Below, piece by piece: positions 28,206-40,444 of a DNA stretch of 64,000 nt. The notes under the pieces are model-generated. The model had not been told where the DNA came from. It worked only from the letters and a program-made list of their open reading frames with translations, and did no database searches. Numbering within the stretch: position 1 is the stretch's first letter; the number at the start of each line of letters is the position of its first letter. The DNA is from Octopus vulgaris (taxonomy: Eukaryota): NCBI GenBank assembly GCA_951406725.2, contig OX597814.1, positions 33,976,001 through 34,040,000 of the forward strand, in the 5' to 3' direction. A program made the position numbers and the translations under genes.

Positions 28206-28637
28206 ATATTAACAACTTTGCACAAACCTGGTGACAGCACGCAAGGGTATGTAAGAAGGAAATTATCAAGATATCCAATCGTCCTTAGTCTAAAGATCTC
28301 GCCTCTGACCAGCAACAGAATGAAGGATGTCGCTGAAGGGCTACATGTGTCAGATGATACAAGCAGACCCTAAAACCACAAGCTTCGGTGACGTTAAACA
28401 TAGTAATTATCGTATTTACTCGAGAACAATATAATATCGAATATAATGCGACAGTCCCCTACTTCTTGTATTATAAGAATCAACGATATGTATTTTATCC
28501 GCTTATTTTCTTTTTTCTTTACACACGATTAAGCTACTCTTCTTCCACTATTTTTGACCCTGTTCTTTTGTATTAAATTTGTTGCTTACACACAGGTGTA
28601 TACAGTAAGTTTTAAGAATTAAGAAGAGTGGTGACAG

Positions 28638-28745
28638 TGATGATGATGACGACGACGACGTTTGTGGTGGTGGTGGTGGTGGTGGTGGTGGTGGTGATGA
28701 TGATGATGGGTGTAGTGGTGAAGAGGAGTAGGAGTAGGAGGAAGA
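28638..28745. repeat. (GAT)/(GAC)/(GGT)n trinucleotide tract
   Basis: Direct reading. Confidence 0.9.
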
Positions 28746-29344
28746 GGATAATTGTGTGAAATCCTTAATGGGGAAATAGACACTGTGCACGAGAGAAACA
28801 ATTAAGGATTCTCATGGCAGCAGCAACGATGACAGCCGTTATTAAACGACAACGCAACGATTACTAGTATATGAGGAAGGAACCCTCTACGTGATCGCTC
28901 GACCTTCTAGAATTAGCTGCCAAATGTCCTCACATCACACGCTTTTATGCCGTAACACGATTGATTGAGACATACTAGACAATGTCGTTCCATATATCTC
29001 TGAAATGACCAGATCTTCACTGCTTGTAAGCAGACCTGCTTAGTTAGGGTTGAATCTGGAGCTAAACAACAAGTATAATTAAATCAAATGAATAATGAAC
29101 CACAATGAGAGCTTTTCCAAATAGTTCTCTAATTTAATCACCAGCAGCCGTTAAAAAATTTGGACCTGGAGAACTCCATTTCCAGCGACTTCGAGGGCCA
29201 CCACCCAGTAGTGTCGGGCGTCAACGAAGAGCCCTCGACTACAACAAGACGACCAAAGTTTTTTTTTTTTTCCCCAAGGTCTGGGGTCTCCCGCCCCTAA
29301 GCCCTAGACCATCACCTAATCACTCTTACCCGTCTTGTTGCTTA

Positions 29345-29375
29345 ACAGCAGCAGCAGCAGTAGCAGTACCAGCAT

Positions 29376-29430
<55 letters not shown>

Positions 29431-29463
29431 ACTGCTACTACTACTACTACTACTACTACTACT
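29345..29463. repeat. (CAG)/(CTA)/(CTG)n trinucleotide tract
   Basis: Direct reading. Confidence 0.9.
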
Positions 29464-29889
29464 AAAATATTTTAAAACTTTTAATACGACCACTGCAACC
29501 ATGCAGTAGATAGATATACTTCAGCAAACACTTAAGAAAAATGTTTTATATTATTGATTGGCAGAATCGTTAGCATGCCGGAGCAAAATGCTTAGCGGCA
29601 TTACATTCTGAGTTCAAATTCCGCCGAGGGCGACTTTACCTTTCAGCCTTTTGGGGTCGATGTAATTGACTAGTCCCCTCCCCCAAGATCTCAAGCCTTG
29701 TTTGTACTTTTAGGAGAAAAGATTACTGACTGGCCTCATGCCAGCCTTAACTGAGCAGACGAATTGCAGCCATGACAGTCTTGTCTCTTTTACTCAGATA
29801 TAATTTACCTAGGACTACACAACCCAATGTGCAATTCTTTCTCCTCCTCTTTAAAAAAAAATTTTTTGAGACGTTTAGGTGTGATTTTT

Positions 29890-30138
29890 GTTCTCTTGCT
29901 GGTTTCAGGCATTTGACTGCGGCCATGCTGGAGCACCGCCTTGAAGGATTTTAGTCAAATAAATTGACATCAGAGCTTTTTTTAAAGCCTAGTATTTATT
30001 CTAGTATATTTATTCTATCGGTCTCTTTCGCCGAACTGCTAAGTTACGGGGGCGTAAACACACCAACACCGGTTGTCAAGCAGTGATGACGGGCACACAT
30101 ACACACATAGATTTATACATACACACATACATACATGC

Positions 30139-30169
<31 letters not shown>

Positions 30170-30437
30170 CATACACACACAGTTACGCACTGGGGTCGAT
30201 ATAATAGACTTAATCCGTTTGTCTGTCCTTGTCTGTCGTTGTTTGTCCTCGCTGTGTTTAGCCCCTTGTGGGTAGTAAAGAAATAGGTATTTCGTCTGTC
30301 GTTACGTTCTGAGTTCAAATTCCGCCGAGGTCGACTTTCTGTCTAGCAAATCCACTCACAAGGCTTTGGTCAGCTCGAGGCTGTAGAAGAAGATACTTGT
30401 CTAAGGTGCCACGCAGTGGGACTGAACCCGGAACCAT
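29890..30437 (-). mobile_element. SINE family B (-) with a family A segment (+, 30180-30338) nested in its microsatellite linker
   Basis: Family B tail at 29890-30090 and head at 30340-30437 flank family A sequence. Confidence 0.8.
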
Positions 30438-31849
30438 TATTGTAATCAAAATCAATGAGATACTATTTAAGCATTTCACTATGTACGAAAGACAATTCTA
30501 GACATCCCCAGCAAAGCAGAAATTACTGCAGTGTGAATGAACCGAATTTTCTGGTGACATACAATTACCAACATGATAAAAACGACAGAGACGGACAAAA
30601 TGCACAATAATAATTAGTTCCATTCCCTTACGTTCCGATTTCAGATTCCACCGGCTCTGGTTTTGACAGCCATCCCTCCAAGGCTCATATAATAAACAGA
30701 TATAATCAAATATTAAGAGCGATTTAATTGATCATAAACTTTTCCAATAATGTAAGGAATCCTATTATCTAGAATTTGATTATGGCATTTTACGCCAAGA
30801 GTTTAAATTCCGCTGAAGTAAATTTGCCTTTCATCCTTCTGGTGTCTGAAAATAAACTACCAGCTAAGTACTGGAGTCAATCTAATCAATTAAATCCCTC
30901 TTCCAAAACTCATAGCCTAGTGTGTATGTCAGATATTATTATGGTGGTGGATTGGCAGAGTCGGTTGTGCCTCTGTAGTTGTTGCAGCGCCTTATGTTCT
31001 GAGTTCAAATCCTGCCTAAGCCAACTTCACTTTTTATCTTTTCGGTATCGATGAAATGAATCAGCAGCCAAGTATTGGGGCTCAATTTAATCGACTAATT
31101 CCTCTACTCAAAATTTCAGGCCTATCACGCATTCATTAAGATTCATCATAATCATCATCGTCATGGTGACAACTATAGCACACTTTTGTAAGTTAATCAA
31201 AGGAAGAACAGTAGTATCCGACACCATTGTCTGGGAAGGTCGATGTGGATGATGTTCAGTATAAAAATCCGGAGTCCTGTGACAGTAGGATTGGGTCAAA
31301 TGTTTAATATGGCACCTGAGAAGGAGGTGAGATTGTGGGTCTCTCTGGATCTTTCGATCTTACTAGACCTCTTCGGCGAAACGGAAATTACTGCGGTGTG
31401 AAGGAATCGCATCTTCAAATGATTTACAATTATCAACATGGTAAAAACATCAAGGCGTTGGACAAAGTGCACTATAATATTTAGATCCTTTCCTTTATGT
31501 TCCTATTTCAGATTCTACCAGCTTTGGTTTTGACAGCCATCCGTCCAAGGTTCATATAATAAACATATGTAGTCAAGTATTAAAAACGATTCAATTGATC
31601 ATAAACTTTTCCTATAATGTAAGGAATTCTATAATAAGAGATAAGCAGATTCCAATGAAGAAGGGAGAGAAAAAGGAAAGAGGAAATAGTTGTAAATTGG
31701 TGACTGAATCTTTGCTCATCAGTCGAAAGTCCTTCTAAGTGTGATCTAGGATGTTAGTGTGAGCAGCATCAACAACACCGTCCTAGATTCATGGTTGTCA
31801 GATTAAGCGACTTTAGCCGGATCAAAGATTACTCAAAGTTTAATTTGCC

Positions 31850-32400
31850 TCTGACTTGGCGTTCAGATAGGAAGGCATGGCTGACTAAGAGCACTTTCGA
31901 AGAGTAGGTGACAGATATATTTTTGTCCGGATATAAGATTTCCAACAAAGCATTGCTTCCTTTACACAATGTATCAGACCATCCAATGAACTTTAGAGAT
32001 CTTTCCGATAATATGAGAGTAGAATATATCACCAACTTCTTTGCTCCAGTCAAAAGATCAAGGCGTGATAGCAAACTTCAAGGCATATTAACTGAAAAGA
32101 ACTTTGGATAAACCTGAAGTTAGGGACTTCTGGAAGAAGTTCGACATAGTAGATGGTGTAATTAATATAGCTGAGTCACGGAAAAAAAAACAACCTTCAA
32201 CATCAAATGGTACTTGGAAAAATATATGGCCAGATTGTATCCGTGACTTCACAAGTTTTCCACAAGTAGAAAGTCTGTATTAAATTTGGAAAGATATTGT
32301 GGCACAAGCAAATGCTGTAGAGTTTGAAGAAGACATAGAAGATGATGTGCTTTAGATGCTAGTGTCCCATGAAGAAAGTTTATCTGACGAAGCTCTCACA
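31850..32400 (+). mobile_element. Tigger/pogo-like (TIGD1-type) transposase remnant
   Basis: KALLPLHNVSDHP...LSDNMRVEY (cf. KALLLLDNAPGHP...V+VEYLP), RDFWKKFDIVDGVINIAES and GTWKNIWPDCIRDFTSF; several stops. Confidence 0.7.
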
Positions 32401-33149
32401 TTATAGTCAACAGCTTTTGTGGTAAGAACATACCCTATGACGATTTTTATATTCCTTAACGTATTCTGTTCAAATATAGTTATGTATACGTAATGTACTG
32501 TATATGTTCAGAATGTGTTGCTTTTTCTTTGTATATTTTTTAAACAAAACCGTCGGAATACATTCTCACTTCATAACATGAAAATCAATGAAGAAATTAA
32601 CTTCGCGTTACAGGATTTCAGAACTTATTACTCCTTAACGCCACAGATTACAGCGCTTGCTATTTGTGAAACAGTTCTCAATGCCTTCGTTCATATTTTC
32701 ATTTATTACACAGACACAATGACTAGAGGAAATGTGATCGAGTGATTCCATACATTTTATCATTTGTATAAGAAACCTAAGTAAAATGAAACAATTACAA
32801 GAGAAAATGATAACTGAGTCACCGACTGATCCCGCTACTTTACTGCATTTGCCAGAACTTTGATTACATTAAGAAGTCAAACTATTCACAGCAACCTAAT
32901 ATCTCATTGATTGAAATTACAAATCAAATACGAAATTTTCATTAAGCTAATTGCTGGTTACGAATGACTCAACTGCAGTTCTTTAGACAGGTTTAATCCT
33001 CTGTATTATATTTACTACTAATTGTAGATTAAAGTATAGCGATATTTGTGGCGGAAGTATTAATAATTGTTTAATATCTAATTAGTTCAAATATCCTTAC
33101 TGTGGATGTAACTTGGAGGAGGATGTCTGCCATCATTGATTCTGTTATC

Positions 33150-33515
33150 TTTTATTTGTTTCACTCATTGGATTACGGCCATGCTGGGGCGTCACCTTGA
33201 AGGCTTTAGTCGAACAAATCGATCTAATTCTTATTTTTAAAGTCTGGTACTTATTCTATCGGTTTCTTTGCTGAACCGCTAATTTACGGGGACGTAAAAA
33301 AACCAACATCGGTTGACAAGCTGTGTGGGGAGAAACACAAACACACGCATAAATAATATATACGTCGGGCTTCCATACAGTTGCCATCTATTAAATTCAT
33401 TCACAAAACATTGGTTGGCCCAAGACTATAGCAGAAGACACTTGTCCAGCATGCGACGCAGTGGAACTGAACTCGAAACTAATGGTTGCAAGTGAGCTTC
33501 TTAACCACATAGTCA
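33150..33515 (-). mobile_element. SINE family B copy
   Basis: Reverse-complement match to 34903-35290. Confidence 0.8.
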
Positions 33516-33587
33516 TGCATGAGGACTAATCTGTCAGTAGTGATGCTATAATAGTAAAGAGTCTATGTTATTATTATTATTATTATT

Positions 33588-34142
33588 GAGTGAGAGAGCA
33601 GTTCATGCCATCAAAGTGACACTGGGGTAAAATATACGAAACCCAATATACCCATCATGACTACCCGTCTGATAAGGGCACACCAGGCACATGCATCACA
33701 ACCATATGTGCGCGACATGGTGATCTCATATCAAGATAAACTGCACATGACCTTGCAGGTGGGGCCCAGTTAGAATTTTCTTCAGGTTGAGTAGCCCATT
33801 CCCGCTCAAACGGTCCCTGAATAAGGGTTGTTTAAGGATGTTGAAAAAACCACCCATGTCTCCAGAGGTGAATTATTCAAACCCCAAAGAATCCCTCTCA
33901 ACACATGGCTATGATGCTCCCCCACTACTTCTGCTCGTGATCAGAGATGCACATATCGTCAGCCACTAAGGGACATACTCAACTGGTTAAGGTCAAACAA
34001 CTGACAAGCAAATCTGTGGTATTGAGCAGAATATTTGCTGTAGCCCATCTTTTATACCAAGACAAAACAATGTACATGATAACGCTTCCAATCAGTTAAG
34101 ATCAGAAGCCATGAGAGCCACTGCCTGGTACTGCATCAGGGC

Positions 34143-34143
<1 letters not shown>
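33588..34143. mobile_element. ~555-bp non-coding interspersed element embedded in (TTA)n (family C, copy 1)
   Basis: Highly similar to 53588-54131; (TTA)n on both flanks. Confidence 0.85.
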
Positions 34144-34202
<59 letters not shown>

Positions 34203-34902
34203 CGTTCTATACAGTGAAAGAGCAATTCTATGCATTGTAGATTATCGTATGACATACACCAGAAGATGAACTAACATTTTGCTTTCATAGGAGACCAAAA
34301 CAGCAAATTAGTAGGCAACGAATAGCATTTGATTGGGAGACAGTAGATAGCATTTTTTTTTCTTATACAGAGACATTTATATGCATTTATTTTACTTACG
34401 GCAATTCAACAAGGGTCCACCGACAAAGGTGAACAAAATAAATCTCCTTTATTACTTGAGAGTGAAAATACATTCTATGTTTCACAAATACTGAAATGAC
34501 TTAAACGAGCAACTGATGCGAATAGTATATTCTCTACAAATGTTAGAGATATAGACGAGTTCTGAGTCTAATTAAAAAGAAATTAAATTGTATTGATCTT
34601 TCTGTGAAATGATTAATTAGAACTTCAATGAAAACCGTACAAGTGTACGGTTTTCCTGCGTGATCTACTTTAAGAAAGTATTATTGAACGAAAATATTTC
34701 TCCTTATCAGCATGTATTGAAATCTTTTGAGTTTGAACATTATCAAAGTCGACGCAGATGTTTCTTGGAGAGGGATTTCTATTATTATTGAATTTTATAA
34801 GACATTCATCTTCTTCCCTGTAAGATTTTACCAAAATAAGTATTTTTGTAAAAAAAACAAAAAAAACAACTTCGGAATAAATAAATAAATAAAATGTACA
34901 AA

Positions 34903-35290
34903 CGTAGGAGTGACTGTGTGGTAAGTAGCTTGCTTACGAACCACATGGTTCCGGGTTCAGTCCCACTGCGTGGAACCTTGGGCAAGTATCTTCTGCTATA
35001 GCCTCGGGCCGACCAAAGCCATGTGAGTGGATTTGGTAGACGGAAACTGAAAGAAGTCCGTCGTATATATGTGTGTGTATGTGTTTGTGTGTCTGTGTTT
35101 GTCCCCCCCCCCCACATCGCTTGAGAACCGATGCTGGTGTGTTTACGTCCCCGTAACTTAGTGGTTCGGCAAAAGAGACCGATAGAATAAGTACTAGACT
35201 TACAAAGAATAAGTCCTGGGGCGATTTGCTGGACTAAAGGCGGTGCTCCAGCATGGCCACAGTCACATGACTGAAACAAGTAAAAGAGTA
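34903..35290 (+). mobile_element. SINE family B, full length (tRNA-like head)
   Basis: GGAGTGACTGTGTGGTAAGTAGC...CCGGGTTCAGTCCCACTG (B box)...CCTTGGGCAAGT and tail GACTGAAACAAGTAAAAGAG. Confidence 0.9.
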
Positions 35291-35502
35291 TAGGTAAGTA
35301 TATAAAATAAACAAAGTTAAATAAATGCGGGTAATTTTTCATGAATTACAGATGAACATTAAAAAATAATGATACATAATGATGAGCCAACGAGTATCTA
35401 TGTGGTCGCTCGACTTGCTAAACATTTTAATCAAATCTCTTGCAAATAAACCTACAGCATTAAAAAGGTGTGTGTGTGTGTGTTTGTGGAGGTAGATTAG
35501 AT

Positions 35503-37755
35503 CAGTGGTTCTCAAACGGGAGTCCGCAGTCCTCCATGGAACCATGAAGGGACGCTGAAGTATCGTGAAAACGGATGGCTTGAGACAGTTAAGTTAAAAC
35601 ATTTCAAGACTTTCAATTTTTTCGCATGCTATCATCCTATTTTGTCGTTGATCTCAAAAACCCACGCCACTCCTACACACTCATTTGCTTATCACACTTG
35701 CTGTACAACAAATGTGATTGGCCGGTGGAAAATATGCAGATATAACGGCTGATTGAGCATGTGCTGTCGGTATTCTACGCTCACATGATTCACCACTCCA
35801 CTATTGCAATCCACACATTTGCCTATCACTCGTCGTAGCTATCCTCACTGGAGCATGTTACCGTATGACCTTTCCCTCTTGCCAGACACCCATTCTCATC
35901 CCACATGGTGGCTGGGTTAGGGTTAGGGTTGTTTTTTCATGGCAACGTGTTCCGACAGAACTGTCTTCTCAACAATTATCAATTCACGGAGCTTTATCTA
36001 CGGACAAAACAACACCTACATGCATTTTGGATTCCTTCCAGAATTAATAGTGAGAGATAAGCTTTATTGTTAATTAGTGCACCCAAAAGCTAGCTACACT
36101 AAGATATATATATATATATATATATACACCCGTAATATGAGATAAATTCGAAATAAATATACAGTGTAGTTATATTAAATTGGTTTACTGAATTTTATCT
36201 TTTTTTTTTATAATGCCTCCAAAAAAGAAAATGAGATATGACAAATCTTATTTGAAATTCGGTTTTACTGTGATAAAGTCTGGCGGAGAAGGAAACCACA
36301 TGTTTTGTGCTCCGAGGTTTTGGCGACTACTTCACTAAAGCCTAGTAAATTAAAGAGGCGCTTCGAAACGAAGCATCCCAATTCAATAAATGGAAATATT
36401 GACTTCTTCAGACGCAAAACCGACAGATTGACGAAGTCCAGACTTGATGACATAGAAATGTTTTCGCTGGACATTACAACTGGTTTGAAAGCATCCTACG
36501 AGGTTCCAGAATAAATAGCTGTAGCCAAAAAGCTCTACAATATCGGCGAAGAGTTGATATTGCCTTGCTGCAAAGATATCATATCGAACGTGGTAGGAAG
36601 TTCTGAACTTCAAAAGCTGAAGCATCTCTCTCTCTCTCAAACGATTCTGTTAGCAAGCGAATAAACTGATCTGTTTGATTTCATTCCGTCGCGGTTGGTC
36701 TCTAAGATTCATAATTCACTTTTGAACTTTTTCGCGATCCAGCTTGATGAAACGACGGATGTTTCCAACTTAGCTAAACTTTTACGTCTATGTATGTTCG
36801 TAGATAACAATCACCTGGAGAAGGAATTCCTGTTTTGCGAAAACGTCAGCACCAAAACAACCTCAAGGGAAATATTTAACAAAGTGCACAAATCTTTTGA
36901 TGCACATGAAGTCAACTGGGAGCATGGCGTGTGCATCGACGGCGCTCCGGCGATGCTTTGTTGCCGTTCCGGTTTTCAAACTTTGATGAAAGAAAAATCC
37001 ACAGGTGCTCTTGGTGCACACTGTACAATTTATTGACAAGCACTAATGGTGAAGGCCAAGCCTGATGAGTTAAAAAATGTTCTGAATTACATGATTACAG
37101 CGGTGAACTTCATCAAAGCGAATGCACTCAACTCCCGTCTGTTTGCCGAGTTGTGCAAAGAAAGTGATTTTGAGTCCGAAACGCTTCTGTTGCACTCACA
37201 AGTGAGATGGCTTTCGAGAGGAAAAACAATCAAGAGGGTCTTCCTTCTATGAAAAGAAGTCCACGATTTTTTATAAATGCTTAAGGCAGATTTATTCGCC
37301 CAATTCGCCGATGTTCGTTTCCTGATTTGCTTGACATTTTTAGTGGTCATATTCGAGTCAGTGAATGCCGTCAATCTTTCACTGCAAGAGCAAGATATAA
37401 CCATGTTTTATTCTCATGAAAAACTAACTTCTTTCAAAATGAAGCTTGAACTTGGGGACCCAAAGTTGAATAGAAAGAACTTTGCATCATTTCCTCAGCT
37501 AAACATGTTTGTTGATGAAAACGAAATTCAAGTCGATGATGATATTGTTGAACTCATGAAACAACCCGTGTCAATACTTGGCAGAGGAATATTCTCTTTA
37601 TTTTCCTGATCTTCATGACTTTGATAAATACTTGTGCTTTAACAGGAACCCCTTTGTACTTTCTGTTAATCATTTTGCCTTTTGTATTCGAAAAAAAAAA
37701 AAAAACCTGTAAAAACCTGGCACGTAAAATATTTTCAAAAGTTTGAGAACTAATG
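35503..37755 (+). mobile_element. Buster-type hAT transposon (SCAND3/ZBED5-like transposase pseudogene), internally deleted
   Basis: TIRs CAGTGGTTCTCAAAC / GTTTGAGAACTAATG and 8-bp TSD GATTAGAT / TATTAGAT with central TA. Broken frames read YLKFGF, LKPSKLKRRFETKHP, FAIQLDETTD, CIDGAPAM, HCTIY and VRWLSRG. Confidence 0.92.
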
Positions 37756-38357
37756 TATTAGATAATGTAACCTTGGCTAGGTTATGTCTATAGAAAAGAT
37801 TGAATGAAAAAAGTCAGTGAGTTAGTTATATGATGTTAAATGGTACTGTAATATTTTACGTAAAATTAGCCAAAGAACCCGACTTGGCTGTCTACGCTAG
37901 TGAGTCCCATTTGTGTAATCTTCGAGAGAAGAACGAGCTATGCTATGATTGATCATCAGTTTGCTCAATTAAGGCTGACCTTTGGTTAAACAACAAGAGC
38001 AGGATATGATAGAGAAGGAAAATTTAATGACGTGAATTATTTTATAATCAATTTCTTAAGAAGAGGATGGGAGTTAAACCAGTTGTTGTTTAGCCACAGG
38101 TCAGTCTTAAGTGAGCAGACCTATGATCAAAGGTCTTGCAGCTATGCAGATTCCGTACTTCTCTCATAATTTGTATATACTGGATTCATTGAATAGATAA
38201 TCAAAGCTAGTCCCTTCTCTAGTTGTAGACGTAAAAATATAGCAATGAAGACTAGAGTTGGTGACTGTTTTCCTAGTTTAATTATACAGTCCAGTTTCAG
38301 AATTTATCAACGTGATTAATGTATATTCCCAATACTGAAGAATATGCATTGCTTTAT

Positions 38358-38572
38358 ACCTATTTCTTTACTACCCACAAGGGGCTAAACAAGGACAGAC
38401 AAACGGATTAAGTCGATTATATCGACTCCAGTGCGTAACTGGTACTTATTTAATCGACCCCGAAAGGATGAAAGGCAAAGTCGACCTCGGCGGAATTTGA
38501 ACTCAGAACATAACGGCAGACGAAATACGGCTACGCATTTCGCCCGGCATGTTAACGTTTCTGTCAGTTCGC
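38358..38572 (-). mobile_element. SINE family A, full length
   Basis: Reverse complement of the 40005-40237 sequence. Confidence 0.9.
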
Positions 38573-39171
38573 CACATTGCTTTATACCATGGTCACCAAG
38601 AACAAGGGTTCTCAAACAAATACCAGTATCCCTTCACACTTTGTTAATGACAAGATAAAATAGGGTTTACAACCATATAATTGTTCCCCATGGTGTTGGA
38701 CAAGTTTTAAACCATTTTAATTTGTTAAATATGGCGATTTTCACACACTTCTTTTCAATCCTTACACCCCTCTCTTAATGAGAGGTCACACCACTTATAT
38801 CATGCGGTTCCAGTTGTAAGTACAGAAACCTATAAGCATGCGCACTAGTTAATAGTACCATTACAAATATTACAGTATCACAAAACTATTGAATACAGTA
38901 AGTTGTTATCCTTGTTCTTGAGTCCTAAGTTAACTCTAATCAAGTAGACTTATAATTTTTCAGTCGTGACCATCCTGTCTTTTTATTTATTAGGGTCTAC
39001 AATGTCCAGTGCATGTTTTTTTAGACGGTATGCAGGGAGTCGAGGGAGATTTGGTTGGTATCTCTAGAAGATCGTGCGACCATATAGAGGCTCTCTAGTT
39101 GGTTCAAGTTAACGGTGTAACTGATCAGTATTAACACAGTATTAATGTGGAATAAATTTAAGACGGAAAAC

Positions 39172-39370
39172 AGGCAGAATCGTCAGTACACGCGGGCAAA
39201 ATGCTTCGTGGCATTTTATTTGTCTTTACGTTCTGAGTTTAAATTCCGTCGAAGTCGACTTTACCTTTTATCCTTTCGGGGTCGGTAAAATAAGTAGCAA
39301 TTGAGCACCGGGGTTGATATAATTGATTTGCACAGTCTCCCAAAATTGCTGACCTTGTACAAAAAGTTGA
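39172..39370 (+). mobile_element. SINE family A, older subfamily copy
   Basis: GGCAGAATCGTCAG...TTACGTTCTGAGTTTAAATTCC...TCCTTTCGGGGTCGG. Confidence 0.8.
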
Positions 39371-40004
39371 AACTAATACGTAATAAAGTTCATTTAGGAT
39401 GAGTTAATGTCATATTGTTGATAGAAATCTATATACTGGATTCAGAGCTCTATTTTGCAAATAGGAAAATAACTGTAACGAGTGAATAATTATATAACTA
39501 AAACAAAAATATATATTTACATATTTATCCCTCTCATTAGTGTGATCAAAACAATCTGATGACCTTTTATATCAATCCTATTGTTGATCTCTTCCCCCAC
39601 ATTGATTTCAGAAACGAGTGAAATGGTAATTGTTACGTTTATACCAGATCACAGATTCTTCGTAATTGATTCTCTCTCTCTCTCCCCTCTCTCAAATCTG
39701 TATTCTTAGGGACTAACATTTTAAAGTTGTTGGCGAAGATACTAATACCCTAGTTTTGTATCTTGTAACGCATACAATATTTCATTTTTTTTTTCGATAT
39801 ATAGATTATCGTAGACTGCTAACTATTGCACCAACAGATCTTTGCAAATATGTGTGAAGTTGTACTTTTAAATATATTGGATAAAAACACAATCAATATT
39901 CGTAGATACTGAATTAAATATTCATGAAAATTGCTCCCGGTATTAGGCCTGAAGCTTTACACACACGTCATGATCTTCAGTTAAGCAGACGGTATTTATA
40001 AGCG

Positions 40005-40237
40005 GCGTGTTGGCAGAATCGTTAGCATGCCAGGCGAAATGCTTAGTGGTATTTCGTCTGCCGTTACGTTCTGCGTTCAAATTCCGCCGAGGTCGACTTT
40101 GCCTTTCATCCTTTCGGGGTCGATTAAATAAGTACCAGTTACGCACTGGGGTCGATATAATCGACTTAATCCATTTGTCTGTCCTTGTTTGTCCTCTCTG
40201 TGTTTAGCCCCTTGTGGGTAGTAAAGAAATAGGTATT
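40005..40237 (+). mobile_element. SINE family A, full length
   Basis: Same head, core and tail as 22409-22632. Confidence 0.9.
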
Positions 40238-40299
40238 TATAAGCACATATACACTATTTATACTAGTTCGGGGCAAATTGAATCTCGTAGAAGATGAAT

Positions 40300-40353
<54 letters not shown>

Positions 40354-40444
40354 AAATATGTGTGGTTGTAAGTACATTAAAGTATAATGTAAAAAAATAG
40401 GGGACGTTGTAGTTTAGAAAGATAAAGTGAAGCAAACTTAATTG

